Below, piece after piece: positions 36,375-48,700 of a stretch of 64,000 nt of DNA. Positions within the stretch are counted from its first letter, which is position 1. Each line of letters opens with the position of its first letter. The notes under the pieces are model-generated. The model did no database searches. It saw only the letters and a list, made by a program, of their open reading frames with translations, and had not been told where the DNA came from. The position numbers were made by a program, and so were the translations under genes. Location: assembly GCA_965603825.1 (NCBI GenBank), contig CBFDEM010000024.1, positions 372,001-436,000 of the forward strand, read 5' to 3'. Origin of the DNA: Blepharisma stoltei ATCC 30299 (taxonomy: Eukaryota; Protista; Ciliophora).

Positions 36375-37191
36375 TAAAGTAATTTTAAATGTTTTAACAA
36401 TAAAGCGTTATAACCTTGAAGTTAATATCCTTAAGTTTAAAAAACCTTTTTCAGTAAAATCGTTTCTAGAATAAAGAAATAACGTTCAAAGAAGGTAAAA
36501 TATCAAATAAAGCTTTATATGGCCAAGAAGAATAGATGAATCAGTGTCAAAATGAAATTACAAGTCTAAAATTGTTACCGATAGGAAATAGTTATGATCT
36601 TTCAAATGGCTCCATCAGTGGGTGGTTCTCCCCATGCATCCATAAGCTTGTCTTGCTGCCAGTGCTTAGTCTGACTAGCATAATTGGATAAATTCGTTTT
36701 GGCCTGATCAATATATGTGCTCAGCAGGCAATTCACCAATTGATAGATCTATCCATCAGAAATATCTATATTCTATATCAGAAAAATGAAATATTTCTGA
36801 AAACAATGGTGATACTGTTGTACAAAATTCCATCAAAAAGAGAAAAAATAGCTAAGAATTTGTCTATTTAAAAGTAAAGAAAGTATTTCAGATAGCTTTG
36901 AGAAAGTTCTAGCACTGTTGCTATGAGCTCGCTAAATTAATAAAAATACTTGAGAGGGTTTAGAACTTTTGAATTTTTAGATCTTACAGAATATAAAACT
37001 ATTGAGATTTAAGCGCAGCTCAAATATGCCTGATGTAGTACAATGGTCCAAATCTACTTGTCTCCTAGCAAATGAGTGTCTCGCATTATGATTCTATAAA
37101 GTGTTAGACTGATCTGTTTTTAAAATAATCCATTGGATTGATATCCATGAATAAACAATTTTTAATCTAATTAGTAAATAATTCATAATAG

Positions 37192-39993
37192 ATGAATTTT
37201 CTAGCATCAAAAATCCTATTAGCTTCTTTATTTATTCTTTCAATGACTTGCATCATATTTCTTGTATTCTCCTCTTACCAGAATCAAAATTACATAAAAA
37301 TCTCCCACTTTAAGAATGCTTTTGATATTGATGATCCTTATATTAAAGAAAGCTATTGGCTAAATACTTCTGAAAAATCTGACATAGAGAATAAACCTAT
37401 AAATATTTCTGATTCTTTGAATACCCAAACAAACCCAATTGATCATCGTAATAAATTAAACGATACACAGATTCCAAATAAAATTGATGAAAAAATAAAA
37501 AGTTCTGATACTTTTGAGATTTTCAAAAAAGATGAGGAAAATCATACAGAAGATAGGATTGAACAAAGCAATAAGGAAAATGATAAAGAAAATGCTGAAT
37601 TTAGTGTTGGTGATGAAAATATTCCTCAAAATTATTGAAGTTTAGCAAAGAGTCTTATGGCTTGAAATGATGATGCAATTGACTCCATAAATACTGGAAA
37701 ATTTGAAATGAGTCCTGACATTTCGAGTTTTAACAATGTCTCTTGTGTGCCGGATGCGCTTGGCATTAATTCAGCTGATTCTGTAAAATTTTATAACCCA
37801 AATATTACTTTTAAAAAATGCAATGATGGAAATCCTCCTTTTATGTGACTAGAAGAAAACAAGTGATTTTTATATAGTTCACTCGTAATGAATTGCACTG
37901 ATGAACCCAAATATGCTCTTGGAAGTCCTCCAGAAAACGAGGTTTTAGGTCTGCCAATTGCCCATCGAAATAATTGGATTCCATATATGTCCCCAGTCGA
38001 TATTGGAAACACTGAATATGTCTATGGCCGTTGTGGTGGTATTCATCAATCTATTCTAAAAAACAGAAGATCTGAAACAGCTGCGGATAGAGCTAAAAAT
38101 ATAGCCTCCCAAATTAAGTCAAGCTTGAATTTAAAGCATGTAAGACCTTTAACTGTTGTCTATATCTTAATTGATTCAGTATCAAGATATCATTTTTATA
38201 GAAGCTTGCCAAAAACTATTGATTTTTTAAACACAGATCTTGTTTATGGAAAGTATAAAAATAATTTTGTTGGGTATGATTTTATTATAAACAATGCAAT
38301 CGGAGGGAATACTCCTCCTAATATGGAAACAATAATTTATGGCCACAATAAAACTGTTCATGATAAATTATTGGATAAGGCTAATCCAAGAAGATGATAT
38401 GATAAGCCAAAGTTTGATGAGGTTCAAAAAGAAGCAATCTGAAGGATTTTTGAGAATTATGGCTTTGTGACAGCAATGGGATATGAAACTGTATGGGAAT
38501 ATGCTTCAACTATGTATGGCCGATATGTTTATACTGACCATAGGATTTTTAATTTTATTACTGCTGGATCTCCACTATTTCGATATAAAGATAACACAGA
38601 AAAGCAGCGATGCTACGGAACAAAAGATCTTCATCGCCATTTATTTGAATATACAATAGACTTTATAGACAACTATTCAGAAATAAATAAATTCATTTAT
38701 TTACACCTTTCGGAAGCTCATGAAATGACTGGAACCGTCATTCGTACAGTTGATTCTGATCTAATTTGACTCCTCTCTTCAATATTTGAAAGATTCAACG
38801 CAAAGACAGATGAGGATGTGGTGATACTACTTGGATCTGATCATGGATTATATTCATCCAATTGGGATGATCGCTTTGAAAGTACAATGGAAAATCATCT
38901 ACCTTTTCAGTTTCTATTTGCAAATAAAAAGATTATTTCGAGATTAGGCCCTCATACAAATGAAATTTTAAGAAAAAATACACAAAGGATCGTAGGGAGA
39001 TTTGACTGATTTTTGACTTTAAGGCAGCTTGCTGTTACTCCTTATACTAGATTAACTGATACAAGCTTTATATATAATGAATGAAAACAAAATATTCCAG
39101 CTTCTAATGCTCATAGTGTATTTGTAGAAAAATCGCTTGACAATAGAACTTGTAGTGAGCTTGATACAACTGAAAATCATTGCAGCTGCCCAAACTGAAA
39201 AAATATTGATAAAAATGATGAAGAGAAATATTTTCATGCCAAAACTTTAATCGACCTAGGAATGAATTTAATAAATGCTCAAATCAATAAAACCAAGGCT
39301 TCCCATTATTGTGAATCTTTAAGTTTTAAAGAAGTAATTGAAATGAAATTTTTAAATTGGAGTGATACAGCTTTTATAAAATTGCTCAGATATAAAATCA
39401 TTATCCATGTCAATGAAGATAAAAATGCATTATTTAAGATATATGGACAAATTTCCAATTCAAAAGACCTCCAAAAGGAAGATGAAACCCACCCAGTTAT
39501 TCAGACCCCTTTTTATAGCTCTATTGACTATGCCCAATTAAGAAAAATTGAAAGAATTAATTTTAATCATAATTATTGCAATCAAATTGGAAAAGAGCAT
39601 AGCATTGATGAAGGATGATGCATTTGTAGTGAGCGTGGACTGGAAAATTTCTTTAAAAATGATAAATTGGTTAACCAGTATTTGAGAACCAAAACAAGAT
39701 TTTCTATCAATGTTGGATCTAAAAGCTCAAGTTGTGAAACAACTTGTAATAAAATAAACAAAGGATGTGAAAATCTTGAGTTCGCATTATTAAACTCTAA
39801 GAAATTCTTGCAAGAATACTGGCTAGACTATGTAACTAATGATAAAGATTACATAATTATCAAAGAAGCCAAAAAAGAAATAAATAGCGACATATTAGGA
39901 GTAGAAAATAAAGCAATTCATATATTTAGCAATCCCACATTTTCATGCAAAGTTTCTAAGCGGAATGTTAGACCAATCTGTCCTTGTGCTTAA
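37192..39993 (+). CDS. DUF229 / alkaline-phosphatase-sulfatase-fold type II membrane protein, 933 aa
   Basis: N-terminal anchor, IDSVSR...LPKT, NTPPN, GSDHG, ENHLPF, RTC...CSC; one frame through many TGA. Confidence 0.82.
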
Positions 39994-40053
39994 ATACCTT
40001 ATAATTTTCAGCATTATTTGATTAATTTATACTTAGCAAACAATCAATAAAAC

Positions 40054-40530
40054 TTAAGAGATAAACATTTTATCTGCTGACAATGCTTTCCTCAGCAGCT
40101 CATCTAAATTCTTTTTGATTACTTTAATATTTTTAATTTCCAATTTGTCTTGTGATTGGTTCAGGCTATTCAAAATTTTTTCTTCTATAACCATTCTGTC
40201 AGTTCTAAATGCTACACTTATAACTTGGGAACTTGAGCTAAATGTTTTCATTTCGTAAGAGTTTGGTTCAGGTACAGTGCTTATTTCTTTTGATATTTTG
40301 AGAGCATTTTCAAGATCTTCATTAAACTGTTTTGAATTATCAATAAATCTTTCGTTATGTTGAGATAAGCGATATTGCTCAACTGTCATCCCCAAGGATA
40401 TTGCTAATGCAGTCTCTACATCATCTTCTCCTTCGCATTCTTGGCAAGGGATATCAATTGGCTGGAGTCTTGGCTCGGTTGATGATTCTTTAGACGAAAA
40501 TTGTGTAATATCCTTAATCCCTGTGACCAT
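40054..40530 (-). CDS. Small protein with UIM-like motifs, 158 aa
   Basis: EDDVETALAISL and EDLENALKISKE resemble ubiquitin-interacting motifs. Confidence 0.6.
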   Translation of the reverse strand: MVTGIKDITQFSSKESSTEPRLQPIDIPCQECEGEDDVETALAISLGMTVEQYRLSQHNERFIDNSKQFNEDLENALKISKEISTVPEPNSYEMKTFSSSSQVISVAFRTDRMVIEEKILNSLNQSQDKLEIKNIKVIKKNLDELLRKALSADKMFIS

Positions 40531-40830
40531 TTTCTATAAAGAGTTTTTTTGTTTTTATTAGACACAGTCAGCAATTAAGAAACCCAATATATACTCAGGT
40601 GCAAGAATTTATAAAGCTCTTATAATTTCATCAAAAATATGCAGAAATTAATTGCTTTAAAAGAAATATTTTTATTTTGAACCCATAGATATATCGGCTA
40701 AACAGCGTTTTCTCATAAGTAGAGGAAAAGAAAGCAAACATTAGGAAATATTATTCAAAGCAGTGCTATATATCTTCAGGATACTTAATGGCTTTTATAA
40801 TATTTTAAGAATAGGTTTTACATATATTTA

Positions 40831-42279
40831 TTATAATTTCAATAAGCTTTTGAGGTAATTTGGGACTTCTTCTTCATTTTTGATGTTTTTATGTTTTGCT
40901 ATAGCAGCTCCAACAAATTTGAACATAATATTTTCAGAAAATTTGCAAATACTTAAGATATCCCCTGCTATATCATTTGTCATCTCAATTACGACGTCTT
41001 CAACATACTGCAGTGTGACAATTCTCATGAGCTGTTGGATAGCAAGATAATCAAGTGTTCCTTCAATAACTTGCGACTTGTGCTCATAATAGTTTCTATT
41101 TTTGTTTATTATATCTAAGTCACTTTCGAATTTCGCAATTTTCTGCCAAGTTTCGTCAACTAAATCATAGACAAGCTCTTTCATGGCTACATAAGTATCC
41201 AGACTTAAATCAGGTCTTTCTCTTCTTATGTCAGCTTCTCCATTATATGGTCGATTTATTCATTGAATATATCTCAAAGTTCCTTCTTTCTGGTCCCTGA
41301 GAGCTTTAATTCTGGCATCTAAGTGGTTTAATTCGTCACTCACTTCTGATAGGATTTCATGTGTAGGCTTATACATCTCATCGCTTGAAATTTCAATTTT
41401 TCCTAGATTTTGCATAATTAATTCTTTTGGAGGAGCTTGGCCAAGTTCAATTTCAGCTAAAAAGTCAACTCCTCTTTCAACTAATTTGGCATGAATTTGT
41501 TTTTTTTTAAGCAGATCTTCGTGCTTGCTCAGGATTTTCCATCTTTCTTCATTCAATTCTTTAATTTTTTGCTCTTGATCAAGTAAATTTTGCTGCTGCT
41601 CCCTTTGTCTCTTTGCGATAATTTCATCAACCATTCTTTTTCTTTGCTTTTCCGCATGGTCTCCTCCTTCTTCAAGTGCGCTTGCAAGCAATACTTGGTT
41701 TTGCCTATCTAAATCCCCTCTCTTCAAAGCTTGATCAATATTTTCTGCCTTGCTGATTATTCTTTCAAGATTTTTCAAACTCTTATAATCTCTTCGTTCC
41801 TGTTCTTCTTTAATCGCTTCCAAGCGTGTGTTTTCTCTTAGAGCAATGTTTTCAAGATCTTTTTTCTTATCTTGAAGTTTTTCAAGCTCAATTTTTTTCT
41901 TTACGATTTCTTCTAAATGATTCAGCCTTGTAGCTTTCATCAATTCTTCTTCAAGAGTGAGCTGTTTCTTTCTTATTTCGATTTCTCTCAGTCTGAAATC
42001 TGCGACTTGCTGTTTAGTATTTTCAATTGCTTCTACATTGTTTAGCTTTTCTGTTTCAATTTCTCTATTTAATAGTTACTTAAGTCTTTCCTTTAGCCTT
42101 CTTTCTTCCCACTCCCAATCATTGAGTTTTTTTTGTTCAAGCTGAGCTTTTTTCAGCTGCAATTGCTGCCTTTTTTTACGAAACTAGCTAGCGATTACAT
42201 CATCTTCAAGCTTGAGGACATCTTCTTCCTCTTTTTCCAGTTCAAGTTCCCATTCTAAAGGCCTCTGAGTTAGTTCCAT
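40831..42279 (-). CDS. Coiled-coil protein, introns 42184-42198 and 42065-42079
   Basis: MELTQRPLEWELE... E/K-rich frame continuous after two 15-nt introns and TGA 41260-41262. Confidence 0.78.
42065..42079 (-). other. 15-nt spliceosomal intron
   Basis: GTAACTATTAAATAG on the minus strand; contains an in-frame TAA. Confidence 0.85.
42184..42198 (-). other. 15-nt spliceosomal intron
   Basis: GTAATCGCTAGCTAG on the minus strand; ends in an in-frame TAG. Confidence 0.8.
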
Positions 42280-42951
42280 TTATTCTAAATTATTAAACTT
42301 AATTGTATACAAAATGTAAGTATGCAGTTGCAGCTCAATAAAATCTCTATAGCCTTGCGCTTTATTCTCACTTGGACTTTCTCTATATCTTTCATCCAGT
42401 AATGGGGATGATTCTACTTGCAGTCCAGCTTGCTCAATTTCTGTTATAAAAACAGGAGTCATTTTTCGCTTATTTGGCATAATTATATAGCAACTTCCTG
42501 TTTGAGCTAAATGTGCTGCAATAGTTCGAATCAACTCTCTTATTGGAGCTCCATCATAAATAAGATCGCTCCCTATTATGAAATCAAACCTTGTATCCAA
42601 ATAAGTGCTTGCATTTGTTCAATCCATATATTTGATGCTAACTCTTGCATGATTTAACGCTGCGTTTTCTGTCATATTAGCAATGACTCTCTCGTTATAA
42701 TCAGTCAAAACTACTTCTTCAAAATTTCTATACTTACTACAAGTGATCCCTGCTAGTCCAGAACCACTTCCTAGCTCTAATATTTTCCCATGCAGATTCT
42801 CAGCCCATAATACAAATCTTGCAAGGACTATGCCTGATTCTCATTGGTGAACACCATCATTGCCTGTTTGGAAGAAAACTTGGTCTTTTATATCAATATT
42901 TTTGTTTTCTTCCAATAATATGTGTCTTATAACTGGAGGAGGAAGATTCAT
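42280..42951 (-). CDS. METTL21/Methyltransf_16-family protein methyltransferase, 223 aa
   Basis: GVHQW(TGA)ESGIVLA, ILELGSGSGLAG, VLTD, MDW(TGA), FDFIIGSDLIY. Confidence 0.9.
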
Positions 42952-43006
42952 CCTTGTCAGATTTTAAAAATGGAAATATGGAATTAGCTGATTTTATAAC
43001 TAAATA

Positions 43007-44053
43007 ATGGAAGCACCATCATGGCTGATACTAGGAGGTGTTGGATATATTGGCCGTAACTTGGTAATGCATCTATTGGAGAACAATCTCGCATCTCATA
43101 TTACAGTTGCAGATAAAGTCGTTCCAGCCATGGCTCATTTGCATCCTAGATATGAAGAAATTTTTTCCAGAGTTGAGTTTGTCCAAACTGATTTAAGCCG
43201 AAACCCTGCCAAGGCATTTACAAGAGAATTTGACTATATAGTCAACTTAGCAGGCGAAACTCGCTCTGGCATGCCAGAAAGTGCTCACAGGCAGAGTTCT
43301 GTAGGTGTCATAAGTGCTTGCAAGGATAGAGTTGGTAGAGCTAAATGGATAGAAATTTCAAGCGCTAAAGTGTATAGAAGCTCTAATAGACCGAATAATG
43401 AAGAAAGTTCTCCTGAACCTTGGACTCTTGAAGGAACTTGGAGACTTAATGCAGAAAGGGCACTTGAAGGAGTAAATCATGTCGTTTTAAGACCTGGGCT
43501 TGTTTATGGTAAAGGAGATTTAACAACACTTACCCCAAGAGCGGTTCTTGCAGCTGTCTATAGAAGGATGAAGAAAAAGATGAAAGTGCTTTGGGGATCT
43601 GATTTGAGAATTAATACAGTCTATATCAGCGACTTGATAAATGCAATCGTTCACACTAAGGATCTAAATGGAGTTTTTAACGTAGCCGACCCTAGCAATA
43701 CAACTCAAGAAGATGTCAATAGAATCTTGCAGGATTTATTCAAAGTAAAGTGCTCTTATTATTCAAGGACGATATCAAACTTGGCATCACTGCATGCAGT
43801 GGCCGAAGAAGCAAATCAAATCCACATGGCTCCTTGGGCAGAACTCTGTGCTGAGTCAGGCGTTGATTCACCAATTTCTCCTTTCGTTGAAGAAGAAAAT
43901 CTGAATGGAAGCCACATTTGTGTGGATGGGTCAAGAATCACGCAAACTGGATTTGCTTATCAACATCCTAGGATCACTGCTGAGCTGTTAACAGAGAGTT
44001 TAGGATTATTGATAGAAGCAGGTGTTCTTCCAAATATATTAAACTCTAGTTAG
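43007..44053 (+). CDS. NAD-dependent epimerase/dehydratase-like (extended or atypical SDR), 348 aa
   Basis: LGGVGYIG, VNLAG, ISSAKVY, LRPGLVYG, FNVAD; no YxxxK at the expected place. Confidence 0.85.
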   Translation: MEAPSWLILGGVGYIGRNLVMHLLENNLASHITVADKVVPAMAHLHPRYEEIFSRVEFVQTDLSRNPAKAFTREFDYIVNLAGETRSGMPESAHRQSSVGVISACKDRVGRAKWIEISSAKVYRSSNRPNNEESSPEPWTLEGTWRLNAERALEGVNHVVLRPGLVYGKGDLTTLTPRAVLAAVYRRMKKKMKVLWGSDLRINTVYISDLINAIVHTKDLNGVFNVADPSNTTQEDVNRILQDLFKVKCSYYSRTISNLASLHAVAEEANQIHMAPWAELCAESGVDSPISPFVEEENLNGSHICVDGSRITQTGFAYQHPRITAELLTESLGLLIEAGVLPNILNSS

Positions 44054-44093
44054 CTAATCTATTAATTTGAAACAACCATATAGGATTGTTTAT

Positions 44094-45635
44094 TTAGTGG
44101 GATTTCAAGCAGATTTTCGAATTGCAGCCATCACAGTAAAAATACCCCATATATTTTCGCTTCAAATTGCAGCTGTCACATTGGAATTTTTTCCCTTGAA
44201 AAACTGGAGTCCATATTCTGCGTTTCGAGCATGAATTGCAAGTTTTTGAAGGAGAGTTTTCGTCTTCGAAATTGCTATAGCAGCTATTGCAAACCTCCAT
44301 TCCACATCTTCTGCAATGGTAGCATGCACCGTTTTCTGCATCAATCCATCCTTCACATACAATGCAAAGAATATTTATAGGCTCATCTGCACTTACAGAA
44401 TTATAAAAATCATATGCATTCACTTTTTTCAGAGCGTGGCTTTCCTTGCAAGCCAAAGGAACTGAATCTTCTGGAATAATTAAAAAGTCTGCACAAGACT
44501 GGCAAATAAAGGTATTGCAGACATCACATCTATAGTGTGGTAGACTAAATTCGTAGCTACACACTTCGCAGAGATGAGGCGATTCAGATTTTTCTGGTTT
44601 TAAAATGTGGCCTAAAGAGCATTTATATTCTGCTTCCGTTGCTTGGGAAACTTCAGTGGCCAACTCGGTTGCATTTTTAGATTCTTCTTGAGGTTTTTGG
44701 CTTTGAATATGAGTATTTGTAGGAAGTGGGTTTGCTTCATTTGGATTATTAGATATTTCAGCAACCGAGTTCGTTGAGACTTCTTTGCTTATTTGGGTCT
44801 GTTTAGCTTGCTGGCTATTGCTCACTAAATTGATAATTGGCTTCTCTTCTTTAGGACCTAGCTTTCCGCTATTTATCGATTCTTGATTTGCTTTATTTAT
44901 TTGATCAATTTTCGAATTATCTGCAGTGCTTAGGTTTCCAATTTGAATTTGAGTACCTATTGTGCTTTCTTTTTTATTTTCTGGCAGTCCTATTTCCTTA
45001 CTAGCCGGAATTAATTTTTTCCTCATATCAGATGTACTCACCAATTCTGTGTGTCTTTTTGAAACTTCTTCAATAAATGATTTGCTGTCTATGCTTGTAG
45101 CGGTGCCAAGAATTCCGTCTGCATTGATTTCAGAAAGTGCTTCTGCTGCATATGAAAGTTTCATGGCTGCAATTTTGACGCTTTTCGCATCCTCTTTTCC
45201 AAATTTAGCCAAAATCATTTCTTCAGCTGCTATTTCACCGACACTTTTGTAGAGAAAAACAAGCTCTTCTCGTGTTAAAGTGCCTGAAGAATTTTTGAGG
45301 ATGCCAAAGATAAGCTTTGCCTTGTCATTTTTTGTAGGATCCTTTCCGAGCAAAGCAAATGCAATTTTTAATTTTGGAAAACTCGATAAAAGACTCTTAT
45401 AAAAGACAGTCTCAGAAGAATTGGTGTAAGAGAGCTTATTTGGCAGCTTAAAATGATCAAGAACTTCTGATAATAAGGGCTGGAGATTTTTGGCATCTTT
45501 TTGAATGGTTGTGAGCTTATCAATCAAGTTTGAGGAAGCGATTTTGTAAAGCCCAAGGGTTTTTACTACTTCTTCTATTTCTCTTTCATTAATATCGGTG
45601 GATAAGGAGGCACTGTTGGATCCACAGCAACCCAT
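44094..45635 (-). CDS. N-acylated protein with EF-hand-like N-terminus and Cys/His-rich zinc-finger C-terminus
   Basis: Likely start MGCCGS at 45635; KAKLIFGIL...GTLTREE; repeated CxxxH/CxxC clusters. Confidence 0.75.
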   Translation of the reverse strand: MGCCGSNSASLSTDINEREIEEVVKTLGLYKIASSNLIDKLTTIQKDAKNLQPLLSEVLDHFKLPNKLSYTNSSETVFYKSLLSSFPKLKIAFALLGKDPTKNDKAKLIFGILKNSSGTLTREELVFLYKSVGEIAAEEMILAKFGKEDAKSVKIAAMKLSYAAEALSEINADGILGTATSIDSKSFIEEVSKRHTELVSTSDMRKKLIPASKEIGLPENKKESTIGTQIQIGNLSTADNSKIDQINKANQESINSGKLGPKEEKPIINLVSNSQQAKQTQISKEVSTNSVAEISNNPNEANPLPTNTHIQSQKPQEESKNATELATEVSQATEAEYKCSLGHILKPEKSESPHLCEVCSYEFSLPHYRCDVCNTFICQSCADFLIIPEDSVPLACKESHALKKVNAYDFYNSVSADEPINILCIVCEGWIDAENGACYHCRRCGMEVCNSCYSNFEDENSPSKTCNSCSKRRIWTPVFQGKKFQCDSCNLKRKYMGYFYCDGCNSKICLKSH

Positions 45636-45757
45636 ATTAAAATAAAGAAGCATTAAGCGCAAAATGTAGGGAATTTTTAAACCGCAAAACGGTTGCAATA
45701 TATATTTATGAGGCAATTTCTCTTTTAAAATGGTGCTTGCTTATTATATAATATTTT

Positions 45758-48700
45758 ATGCAACTGCGTAAATCAGCTATTATTAGTGATGATCCAGCCC
45801 CAAGCAGCCTAAGGCACCAAAGCTCAAAAATGCTGGTACCTCAAGGGGTCGGAGAAATTCTCTTATCAATGTCTAAAAGTTTTTCCGAACTTTTGAGCAT
45901 CGAGAATCTGTCTATTGATATGCTGAAAACCACTGTAATCCAAATCTGTAAGTCCCTTACTGGTGCATCTTGAATTGAAGTTCTATTTAGAGAATGCGAT
46001 TATTTGACAGTGAGTGGGAAATCTCAGCCAGTCTCAGAGTTGAAAATTAACGAAACTTCATTTCCTGGTTACTGCGCACTCCACAAGACTCCACAAGCTA
46101 TAAACAACCCTAACTCCTCCTCATTTTATTCATCATTCGAGCACAAGCTTTACCCATACTCAAATCTTGGAAACCAGCAGATGCAAGCCAATTCAGTAGC
46201 TTGTGTGCCAATTGTGAAGAACGAGAATACCAAAATAGTACTTCTACTATTCAATAAGCTTGATGAAAACAAGTCCATGAGCTATTTTTCTGAGAATGAT
46301 ATGAATATCATTCAAGCCATTGGAGAAATGATGCTTGGGGTCTTAGAAATCATCAACCACTGCAAGGACCTCCAAACCAAAAATTTTGACTTGAAAAGAC
46401 TTGATGAAGAAACAATTCACGTCACAAACTGCACCTCCAATATGCTTGTGAGGAGAAAATTGCTTGAAAAATGCATACAGATCATAGACGAGGAAGGAGC
46501 ATTGACCAATTCCATTGTGAAATTGATTGGGGAAATCATGGAAGGAGACGGAGTGATTGTTCACGTGCTAAAGTCTAACGCTCTCTCACCTGCACTTGTA
46601 TGGGGTCTTAATGATATTACGACATCAACCAAAACTGCTGAATATACCGGCATGGTTGTCAAAGAAATTTTAAATGTCAATGACCTGGCAACAGAACCTC
46701 TTTGGGACAAAGAAAAGAAAATCAAGATGAGAGGATTGATTTCCTGTCCGGTTTTTAATGAAAATAATGAAGTGATCTCAGTCATTGAATTTTTTAGAAA
46801 AAACAAACCATTTTCATCCATTGACGAGAAATTTGTGAAGCAGCTGATTAAAGCAGTTGAAAAAGTGCATCCTGATCGGTATATCACTAATATTACTGAG
46901 AAGAAGCCACCTAATTTGTCTAAGCCTCATGAAAGAGCAATTGATGCAAGAATCAGAGAAATCCGTCTGTTTAGTTTTAACCAAGACGACTTATATAACT
47001 ACGCGAGTGTGTTAGAAGAAATCAGGACGAGCCTGAGACAGCTTGTGAGTTCTGAATGGTCGAGTGTATACATTGCAGACCAAAAAGGAGAGTTCTTATG
47101 AACCAGGCAATCCGAAGAATGTGACACTCTTACTCAGCTGATGTCTAAAGATACTTTGTTAGGATATGTTTATCATCACCAAAAGACAGTAGTGTTTCCT
47201 AATGAAATTCAACTATCTGACAGTTCAAGGTTTAATGACCAGTTTGCCGTCTGTGCTCCTATTATTAGCGAATTTTCAGACTATCCTGTTATTGGAATTG
47301 TTTTGCTTACAAGAATACACAACGCTTTTTCTCTACATGAAATTGAGACTCTTCAATCATTTTGCACGAAGATAGCTTCAAACTTTGAAAACATCTATCT
47401 TTATTCGGTAGAGTCACAAACTGTTGTTTGTGAGTGGCCTGAGTCAGTTGATATGACTCCAGAGGAAAACTTCAGAAGAGCAAATTCCAGAGCTAATAGC
47501 AAGTCAAGGCAGCAGCAGCATCACGGACGCCAAGAATTTCATGCTTTATCTCCAGCAAGCCCAAGTATACAGACTATGCCTCACAGCATGAATGACTTAT
47601 GCAGCTTGTCTATGGTCCCTCAAAATAGGACATTTGAGTTAAAACAAATACTATCCGATATCAAGCACAACCCTGAAGCTTCATTAACAATTTTGGCTAG
47701 AAGGCTAAGACAGATAATACCTTGCCAAAACGCAAGACTTCTATTAATGGACCAAACTGAACAGCATCTGGTTGATGTAATTTCAGGAAGCTTAATGAAG
47801 CCATCAGGACTGCTAAATCAGTGTCTTCAAAGAAGGCAGGTGATTGCAATAAGATCTGGGGCCAGCCTAAACCCAAATTTCGATAAACATGTTGATAGCT
47901 TAGGAATTGATCAGCCGATCGAGAACTTTTTGGCAATTCCCATCCAAAGCATTCTTGACCACCCATTAGGAATTCTTGCATTTGCTAATGCTTCAATCAG
48001 TTTCGGAGAAGACGACTTAGCAATTGCCCAATTCTTATCACTCATTCCCCGTGAGTTTGCAATGGTCAAAGATGAATCATTAAAAGACTACCACAGCGTT
48101 TTAAGGATGGGAAGAAGGCACAAAATGCTGCAGCAGTGGTGCAAACAAGTCTTTTTCGTCGCAAACTCTGCACAGAACAAAATGGCCATCGCCAAAGATA
48201 TTTTGCACACACTATTTGAAGAAGAAAAACTTGACGTGCTAATCAAGTCTGGGCTAGAAATCATTTGTGCACTCACAAATGCTGAAGAAGCAAGCGTGGT
48301 CTATAAAGAAAGCAACGAATTTGTTGAAGGACTGTTAGAAAGAGGGAGATACAATAAAAGCACACTAATAGAAGAAGAGCATTTGGTTATGAAAGCGCTG
48401 GATGTCGGCAGAAGCCTATCAATTGACTCTCAAATCAGCAAAGAGAATATGATAATTGTTCCTTATGTGCAAGAAAGATGCGATGTCGTCGCTTTGAAAG
48501 CATGGAATAAGCGAGATGACTCTCTTTCTTATTATTGCAATTTTAATAAAGAAGATGAAATCATCATATATAGTTTTGCTGGAGCAATAAGCGAAGCGCT
48601 TCAGATCTTTCATAATGATAGCAGCACAGAGTGCCTGAATAAGTTAAAACAGCTTATAAGGCAGCATGCTTCAAACTTAAACACCTATTCTTTGTTAAGC

